In this document: positions 55,020 through 61,331 of the stretch, piece after piece
Position numbering within the stretch: the first letter of the stretch is position 1
Layout of the letters: every line of letters begins with the position of its first letter
Assembly: GCA_037142195.1 (NCBI GenBank)
Contig: JBAXBA010000011.1
Coordinates: forward strand, 1-61,331
DNA: 61,331 nt
From: Pseudomonadota bacterium
Lineage (GTDB): Bacteria > Bdellovibrionota_B > Oligoflexia > Oligoflexales > CAIMVM01
Direction of reading: 5' to 3'
Translations under genes and position numbers: made by a program
The notes under the pieces: generated by a model
Databases searched by the model: none
What the model saw: only the letters and a program-made list of their open reading frames with translations
What the model was told of the DNA's origin: nothing

Positions 55020-56114
55020 TTGAAAATACTATTATTGATTGCTTTAAGCTTTTCGGCCCCTGCTTGTTCCCCTTCCAAGGGCCAAGCGACTCTTGAAGGG
55101 CCAGAATTGCTGTTTACGATTTCTAATTTTCAAACTTCCAAATTAGTTGCCCTAAAGGATGAGACTGTAAAAGAAGTGGCAAGTTCCTTATCGGCAGATC
55201 CTATCATTTTAGGGACTAAGCAAGAGGTGTTTCTATTTAATCGCCAATCAACCAATTTAAATCTCAATAAAATTTATACTTCGGGCACTCAGGCGCTCTA
55301 CCTATCAAAACAAACTTCTTCAAATCCTTTACTGCCTGGGGATCCTACCTCGGCAGCACTCCTGCCAGATGGAAAATTCCTGCTTGCAGGATATAGTTCC
55401 GGTGGAATCTTTCAATTTTCTCCGATCAACAATAAAGTCACGCCCGTTTCCCTAAAATTTGATACAGGAGAAGGACCTTTTAGGCCCTATGACATCCTTA
55501 TAAAAGAAGTGAATGACAAAACAAAGATATTCCTCCTCCACCATGGTCTGGGCCTTGATTTCAAGGCTAACGGAACGGAAATGCTATTTGAAGCCCTCTT
55601 AAAAGAAGATGGATCCATCTGGCCGGTGGATCACGATTCCACTAAAGATGGCAATCAAGGAATCAAAGTAAATTCCACAAGTCCTCTGTTTTTATTTGCG
55701 GACTCACCATCGCCCATCATAGCAGGCCTATGTGACTCTTTGGGGACAAACACTCGCTGCAATCTAGAGCGCTTAGATATAGAAACCTCGAGTGTAAGCC
55801 CCCTTCTAGATCTCTCACAAATAAAGGCTTCGTCTTCCAACGCGATCACAGAAGGACTAGATGGAAATTCGGTGTTGCTAATCGCTCAGGCAAAGTCAGG
55901 AGGTCTTGAGTTGCGCAAAGTTTCCTTTTCGGGATCCGAAACCGCACTCTATTCCAGCCCGAGTGAAAGCTATCAATCGTTTGTGAAGTCAGACCTCGTA
56001 AGAAATAGAATCTATCTGGGAGCGACCAAGTCCTTAATTGAGTTTCAAGGCGAAGTTTTTCGAAAGAGCCATCAATTAGATTTCAATCCTTACAATGGAA
56101 TGGTTATTCCGTGA
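55020..56114 (+). CDS. Lipoprotein, probable beta-propeller partner of the TonB-dependent receptor
   Basis: Lipobox APAC; stop codon overlaps the receptor start. Confidence 0.65.
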   Translation: MKILLLIALSFSAPACSPSKGQATLEGPELLFTISNFQTSKLVALKDETVKEVASSLSADPIILGTKQEVFLFNRQSTNLNLNKIYTSGTQALYLSKQTSSNPLLPGDPTSAALLPDGKFLLAGYSSGGIFQFSPINNKVTPVSLKFDTGEGPFRPYDILIKEVNDKTKIFLLHHGLGLDFKANGTEMLFEALLKEDGSIWPVDHDSTKDGNQGIKVNSTSPLFLFADSPSPIIAGLCDSLGTNTRCNLERLDIETSSVSPLLDLSQIKASSSNAITEGLDGNSVLLIAQAKSGGLELRKVSFSGSETALYSSPSESYQSFVKSDLVRNRIYLGATKSLIEFQGEVFRKSHQLDFNPYNGMVIP

Positions 56115-58015
56115 AACCATCTCTATGTATAGCTTTGATTCTTTCCGCAAAATCTTTTGCGCAAAATGAAGTAGAAGTTAAAGGAACCCTTAAGAACCGC
56201 CAGGATGTCCTTGGCATTGGGCAGTCCACTCGCTTGGAAACAAGAGATGCATCGGGGCTGCTTATAAGCGATCTAGCCAATGACAGCTCATTCCTTTCTA
56301 ACAAATCTCTGGGCGCTGGATCAGCATCAGGCTTTGACAGCCTATCCATAAGACATCAAGATGCTAAAAACACAGAAATTTGGCTGGATGGCTTCTTGAT
56401 AGACGATCCTCTAACCAATTTTCCCTTGGCCTTAAACACAGATTTAGCTTCTCTTGGCTTCGTAAAGATCCATAGTGGACCTGGCCCCTTGTCGATCACG
56501 AGCTCATCTCCTGCGGGAAGTGTGGAAATATCAAGTTCTAAGAGTGAAGAACCTACCTTCCTTGGACTTAGTAAAGGAAATATTTACGGAGAAAGTCTAT
56601 TTGGCCGATTAGGTAGAAAAGACAAGAACACGAACTCAAGTCTCTACCTCAGATCTCACAAATCTAGTGGCGTATACCCCTTCTATTATGATAATTTAAC
56701 TCCTTACAACACGAGTGATGACACCGTTAAAAAAAGAAATTCGAATGAATCTTTGTCTGATTATGGCTTAATCCGCTTTGGATACCAAAATGACCTACAT
56801 AGACTCAATCTTATGGGGATGAAAGAGAATAGCAGCTCAAGCCTCCCTACACCTGATAACATGAAAAGTTTTGCTCGAACGAATCGAAATTTGGATTTCA
56901 TGAACCTCATGTATCAATTGGGAGATAGAGAAAAATACTTTCAGCTTAGCTTGTTGTGGAATCAAAGCAAGCGCGAGACTATGGATCCCTGTAGAACCAT
57001 TCTTGCCAACTCAAATATTGAGACCCTTGATTCTGAAAGCTTGAAGAAAAGTTTAGGATACTTCTACAGCAAAGAAGATTTTAAATTCAATCTACAAGTT
57101 GCAGAAAGTGAGACGAAAATCGATCAAAGAGAAGAAGCGAGTCAAATCAACTTGAGTCGAGCCCTTAGCGCCGCGTCATCAGGAATAGAAGACGCTTTAA
57201 ATGACACCTTTTCCCTCCGATCAAAATTGAGAAACACTTGGATTCAAGATCAAAAAAGCATGAATTTGATAAAAAATAGTGCCTTGGATTCCTCTCTTTC
57301 CTTGCTAGCTCATTTAAATGATAACTCTTTTTGGATGACCGTAGCTTATCAGGACAGACCTCCCTCGCTCCTAGAAATGTTCGGGAGTTCCTCAACCATT
57401 TTAGGAAATCCCAATCTCGATGCGGAAAATTCGAGACTTTGGGAGCTTGGTGTCAATATGCAGGGGACTTTCTGGCGCGGCTCGGCTTCCTTACATAAGA
57501 TCATCACTGCAGATAAGATCATTTTTGTTAGGGCTGGCAGCAATGCCATTAAGGGACAGAATATAGAAAAGAGTCAGCTGACTGGCGTTTCTCTTTCAGC
57601 TGAACAAGATTTATTTCCCCTGACCTTGAAGCAATCCATCTATCTCTCAAATACTGTCGATCAAAAATTTAAAAGAGGTCTGCCATTTGAGCCATGGGCG
57701 CTAGCAACCCTAGCTGCTGAGTTTCGAGTTTCAGGTCAAATGACAGCCGGTGCTGAAGCCCACTATAAGTCAGAGTACTTTAGAGACATCAATGGAGATT
57801 CCATTTCCCCTCAATCTGCTCAGTGGGATACCTTTATGCGTTATGCATGGCAGAAGTGGGATATAGCTTTAAACATAAATAATGTCGGGAATGAAATGTC
57901 ACAAAAGTTTCTCAATAGGCAAAGCGGAGAATCAGGGGCAACCTCTATTTCTGATTATGAAGGCCACCCCCTTCCCGGAAGGCAGATAAGAGTTTCGACC
58001 CTATATAGATTTTAA
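56111..58015 (+). CDS. TonB-dependent receptor (BtuB-like)
   Basis: Plug motifs SIR...IWLDG; RPPSLLEMFG, GNPNLDAE, INNV, PLPGR...YRF. Confidence 0.85.
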   Translation: MKPSLCIALILSAKSFAQNEVEVKGTLKNRQDVLGIGQSTRLETRDASGLLISDLANDSSFLSNKSLGAGSASGFDSLSIRHQDAKNTEIWLDGFLIDDPLTNFPLALNTDLASLGFVKIHSGPGPLSITSSSPAGSVEISSSKSEEPTFLGLSKGNIYGESLFGRLGRKDKNTNSSLYLRSHKSSGVYPFYYDNLTPYNTSDDTVKKRNSNESLSDYGLIRFGYQNDLHRLNLMGMKENSSSSLPTPDNMKSFARTNRNLDFMNLMYQLGDREKYFQLSLLWNQSKRETMDPCRTILANSNIETLDSESLKKSLGYFYSKEDFKFNLQVAESETKIDQREEASQINLSRALSAASSGIEDALNDTFSLRSKLRNTWIQDQKSMNLIKNSALDSSLSLLAHLNDNSFWMTVAYQDRPPSLLEMFGSSSTILGNPNLDAENSRLWELGVNMQGTFWRGSASLHKIITADKIIFVRAGSNAIKGQNIEKSQLTGVSLSAEQDLFPLTLKQSIYLSNTVDQKFKRGLPFEPWALATLAAEFRVSGQMTAGAEAHYKSEYFRDINGDSISPQSAQWDTFMRYAWQKWDIALNINNVGNEMSQKFLNRQSGESGATSISDYEGHPLPGRQIRVSTLYRF

Positions 58016-58083
58016 TAGGACTTCTGAGGCGTTCCAGCCTGTGGTAGGTTGAGATGAAATTCTAAGAATGACAAAGGTGAGAC

Positions 58084-59037
58084 ATGGACAGTTACACTAT
58101 AGGTTTGAGCCATGACAAATATAAAATCCTCGTCCATGGGGGCGCCTGGGATATACCAGATCACTTAAAAGACGCCCATCGAGAGGGAGTTGAGACGGCC
58201 TGGCATTTTGCTTCCGAGTCCTTAGAATCGGGAATGGACCCCTTAACGGCCGTCTCCCTTGTATTAAAGATGCTAGAAGATGATCCTACTTTTGATGCCG
58301 GCTTAGGAAGTTTCCTAAATGAGGTTGGTGATGTGGAAATGGATGCTTCCCTAATGCGCGGCTCTGATTTGGCTGCTGGTTGCATCGGAGGAATTAGAAA
58401 TTTTGCTAATCCCTCTCAGATCGCCTTAAAACTTCTCCAAGATGGCACCGCCGTTTTTTTAACAGGAGAAGGAGCTGAGATCTTTGCCCTTGACCATGGG
58501 TTTAAAAAGTCTTCTCCTTCAAGTTTGGTGCTCCCCAGAGAGATGCTGGCTCACCAAAAATGGATTGAAGCGGGGCGGCCTGATCCCAAACTCTACTTTT
58601 CCAAACGCGATCCAGATCTGGGCTCGACTCCAGATCGCAGGGGCACCGTGGGCTGTGTCATTGGTGTGCCTAATTCTTCTGGCCACTATTCTTTATATGC
58701 TGGAACCTCTACCGGAGGTGTACCAGGAAAAAAACGGGGACGACTCGGTGATGTCCCCGTCATTGGGGCAGGAATCATTGCCGATGATGAAGGGGTTGCC
58801 GTCAGCGCCACGGGCTGGGGGGAAGGGCTCTTAAGGATAAGCGCCGCCATGATTGTAAACGAACGGGTTAAATCGGGAATCCCACTTCCTGATGCCGTTG
58901 CTGAAGCTCTGCACCAACTGAAGCATCGCTTGGGAGGTCATGGTGGGCTGATTGCTATAGATCATTTAGGCCATCAAGCGGCAGCTTTTACAACGCCAGA
59001 TATGGCCTTTGCGGGCAAGGATGTCACACGCCTCTAG
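58084..59037 (+). CDS. Isoaspartyl peptidase/L-asparaginase (Ntn hydrolase)
   Basis: VHGGA, LEDDPTFDAG, EMDASLM, GTVG, TSTGG, GRLGD, TGWGE. Confidence 0.93.
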   Translation: MDSYTIGLSHDKYKILVHGGAWDIPDHLKDAHREGVETAWHFASESLESGMDPLTAVSLVLKMLEDDPTFDAGLGSFLNEVGDVEMDASLMRGSDLAAGCIGGIRNFANPSQIALKLLQDGTAVFLTGEGAEIFALDHGFKKSSPSSLVLPREMLAHQKWIEAGRPDPKLYFSKRDPDLGSTPDRRGTVGCVIGVPNSSGHYSLYAGTSTGGVPGKKRGRLGDVPVIGAGIIADDEGVAVSATGWGEGLLRISAAMIVNERVKSGIPLPDAVAEALHQLKHRLGGHGGLIAIDHLGHQAAAFTTPDMAFAGKDVTRL

Positions 59038-59277
59038 AATTAGAGCAGTATGCCGCTACAGAAAAAAATATTTTATGAAAGAGATTTCTATCTGTAAATT
59101 TCGCTTAGGCATGGTTTTACTTTGTAACTTCTGGCAGTCGCCTTTTCAGGCCAAAAAGAAAAACTTAAGTCCTAACTCGGTGCAGCCAAATTAGGAATTT
59201 TCAGATAAACTTCAAAAAAAATGAACGGTAATTTGTAACACGAACTGAAAATAAAACCATTCTCCTGGGAGTTAAAT

Positions 59278-61092
59278 ATGTCAGCACCTTCATGGAACCT
59301 CGAATTCGCCTACAAAGGATTTTCAGATCCGGAGCTCAAAAAAGATTTAGAATCCATCGAGCATTCCCTAGAGGAATTGAGCCTTTTAAATGACGAGTTT
59401 ACCACCCTTGTTTCTGAAGCTGAACGTTTAGATCCAAAGCAAGACTTACTCGTCAAATTAGAGAGACATCTTGAGGGTCAACTTAAAATAAAGGTCCTAT
59501 TCTACACGATTCGAACATGGACAAACTGCCTTCTGAGCGTCCAATCCGATCTAGAAGAAGCTCAAAAGTTAATGGGACGTGCGAATCAATTGAGTTCAAA
59601 ATTAGCCGAAATGTCTAACTCATTTCAAATGATTATCATGCGGTCAAATGATGCCTTTTTTGAGACTCTAATGAAACGGGAAGTCTTCAAAGCAAGTGAA
59701 TTTTCTTTGCGAAACAGTCGAAAAGAAAAAACCTTCTTCCTTTCTTTGGAAGAGGAAAATCTACTCATTTCACTTTCCTTAGATGGTCCAGAGGCCATGT
59801 CCAACCTTTGGTCTGCTATGGCCGGAGGTATGAGTGTCATGGTTGGCGAACAAAAAATGGGACTAGCAAGGGCAGCTGGCATTCTAAGATCAGATGATGA
59901 GCCCCAAAGAAAGGCAGCTTTTATAGGCCTGACAGCTGCCTGGGAAGATAAAAAAGAAGTCTGTGCCTCGGTTTTGGGAGGATTGGCAGGGTGGCGAGTC
60001 TCTGAAAATGCCAAACGCAGCAAGATTTCCCAGAGAACCTATTTAACCTCTACACTAAGCATGGCACGACTTGAAACTGAAACTTTAAACGCCATGCATG
60101 AAGCGGTTCGAAAACGAAGAGATATTGGCCGAAAAGCTATTAAGCTGCAGGCGAAAGTAATTGGAAAGTCAAGACTCGACCCTTGGGATTTGCTCGGCGG
60201 ATATCCTGCTAAAGCCACAAAATCATTTTCTTGGCATGAGGCTATTGAAGTGGTTTCGGACTCATTTCGTTCGGTTTCAGAAGAAAAATCAAATTTCGTT
60301 AAGATGATGGATCGAGAAAAATGGATAGAAGCCACAGTGGGAGATAAGAAACGACTAGGAGCCTATTGCACTACCTTTGCTAAATCTAGAACTCCTGCAG
60401 TGTATATGACTTGGCAAGGCTCGGACGGCGATCTGAGGACCCTAGCCCATGAACTTGGACATGCCTGGCACAACTGGACCATGCGAGACATGAAACTGGA
60501 GCTCACGAGTTACCCAATGACACTTGCTGAAACCGCATCGATTTTTGCCGAGACTCTGGTAGACGATCATCTCCTAACAAAATCGAAGTCGCCCGCAGAT
60601 AATATGTTTATTCATTGGAACCGCGCGGAAGCAGCATCATCTTTTCTTTTAAATATACCAGCTCGGTTTATATTTGAAGAAAATGTAATGAAACAGCGTA
60701 GTAATGGTATTTTAACGGCTAACGATTTTATGAGGTTAAATAAAGAGGCCTGGGCTGAAACTTATGGAGATGCCATTTCTGAATGCGACCCCTATTTTTG
60801 GGCTTCCAAACTGCATTTTTATATGTGGCCACGATCTTTTTATAATTATCCCTATACTTTTGGCTACTTATTTGCCCTAGGCGTTTATAGCAAGTTTTTA
60901 AAGGATCCAGGGAATTTTGCAGAATTTTACCGCAACCTCCTAAGAGACACGGGAAGAATGTCTTGTGAGGATATCGCCCAAAAACATCTCAACGTGGACA
61001 TCACTAGGGAAGATTTTTGGAATTCCAGTTTAGATGTTGTGGAGGAACATATAAATGAATTTGAAAGAGATTTTCAATTGTATAAGGCTTAG
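59278..61092 (+). CDS. M3 family oligoendopeptidase (PepF-like)
   Basis: TLAHELGHAWH, LAETASIFAE, KLHF, FYNYPYTFG. Confidence 0.95.
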   Translation: MSAPSWNLEFAYKGFSDPELKKDLESIEHSLEELSLLNDEFTTLVSEAERLDPKQDLLVKLERHLEGQLKIKVLFYTIRTWTNCLLSVQSDLEEAQKLMGRANQLSSKLAEMSNSFQMIIMRSNDAFFETLMKREVFKASEFSLRNSRKEKTFFLSLEEENLLISLSLDGPEAMSNLWSAMAGGMSVMVGEQKMGLARAAGILRSDDEPQRKAAFIGLTAAWEDKKEVCASVLGGLAGWRVSENAKRSKISQRTYLTSTLSMARLETETLNAMHEAVRKRRDIGRKAIKLQAKVIGKSRLDPWDLLGGYPAKATKSFSWHEAIEVVSDSFRSVSEEKSNFVKMMDREKWIEATVGDKKRLGAYCTTFAKSRTPAVYMTWQGSDGDLRTLAHELGHAWHNWTMRDMKLELTSYPMTLAETASIFAETLVDDHLLTKSKSPADNMFIHWNRAEAASSFLLNIPARFIFEENVMKQRSNGILTANDFMRLNKEAWAETYGDAISECDPYFWASKLHFYMWPRSFYNYPYTFGYLFALGVYSKFLKDPGNFAEFYRNLLRDTGRMSCEDIAQKHLNVDITREDFWNSSLDVVEEHINEFERDFQLYKA

Positions 61093-61331
61093 GATTCCAA
61101 ACCACAAATAGAGCCAGAGAAGTCCAAAGTCTCTTCTCACACTCCTTTTCAGACTTAAAGGCTTGCTTAGCTGCACATCCTCTAGGATGCGAGGGGACGT
61201 TGGCACAGAAAAGAGGATTTAGAATTATATGATATTCAAGTTGAGGTATATCTATGGTCTGCCGATTTATAGTTACCAAAAGTTTCCACTCTTTTAATGC
61301 TAGTTTAGTCTGGGAGCCCCTGTTAAACCTG

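Noticed and set aside
5765..59037. Cyanophycin degradation pathway (S51 peptidase + isoaspartyl peptidase)
   Set aside because: The genes are 52 kb apart and the S51 protein is the short PepE type.
61004..61330. Minus-strand frame open to the window edge
   Set aside because: Could be the tail of a gene outside the window, but it has no recognisable motif and overlaps the M3 peptidase gene by 89 bp.
1..61331. tRNA, rRNA, CRISPR arrays, and the many short antisense or nested ORFs in the track
   Set aside because: No cloverleaf, rRNA or repeat-spacer pattern was seen by eye; the nested ORFs are shadows of well-supported genes.

Overview
A 61.3-kb, moderately AT-rich bacterial chromosome segment from a Gram-negative organism. 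Gene content and order (accD-folC-lptD, fused secDF, thiBPQ, clpS-clpA, tamB followed by an Omp85 gene, many lipoproteins) resemble Bdellovibrionota/Oligoflexia; this is an inference, not a database result. Most of the window is housekeeping: envelope biogenesis, fatty-acid, folate and purine genes, proteolysis and vitamin uptake. Small accessory islets are scattered through it, several being a lipoprotein enzyme gene next to a transposase or IS remnant (ISNCY/IS4-like at the left edge, IS91-like at about 5.2-5.6 kb, IS1634-like at about 31.5-31.8 kb). Strongest unusual signals: (1) a 3.26-kb cassette (GH39-like lipoprotein plus IS91 remnant) bracketed by a 139-bp direct repeat of the 3' end of a peptidase E-like gene; (2) a helical-repeat protein with a C-terminal HEPN-like RxxxxH domain in a core-gene neighbourhood; (3) sigma28-like promoters in front of non-flagellar genes, including a glycoside-hydrolase/DUF4214/bulb-lectin fusion; (4) a stand-alone lipoprotein version of the soluble domain of cyanobacterial CAAX-protease-like proteins, with a probable ATT start; (5) an orphan heme-oxygenase-like diiron enzyme; (6) a sigma32-like clpSA promoter built into the motAB terminator hairpin. 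No rRNA, tRNA or CRISPR array was seen. All family calls come from motif recognition by eye.
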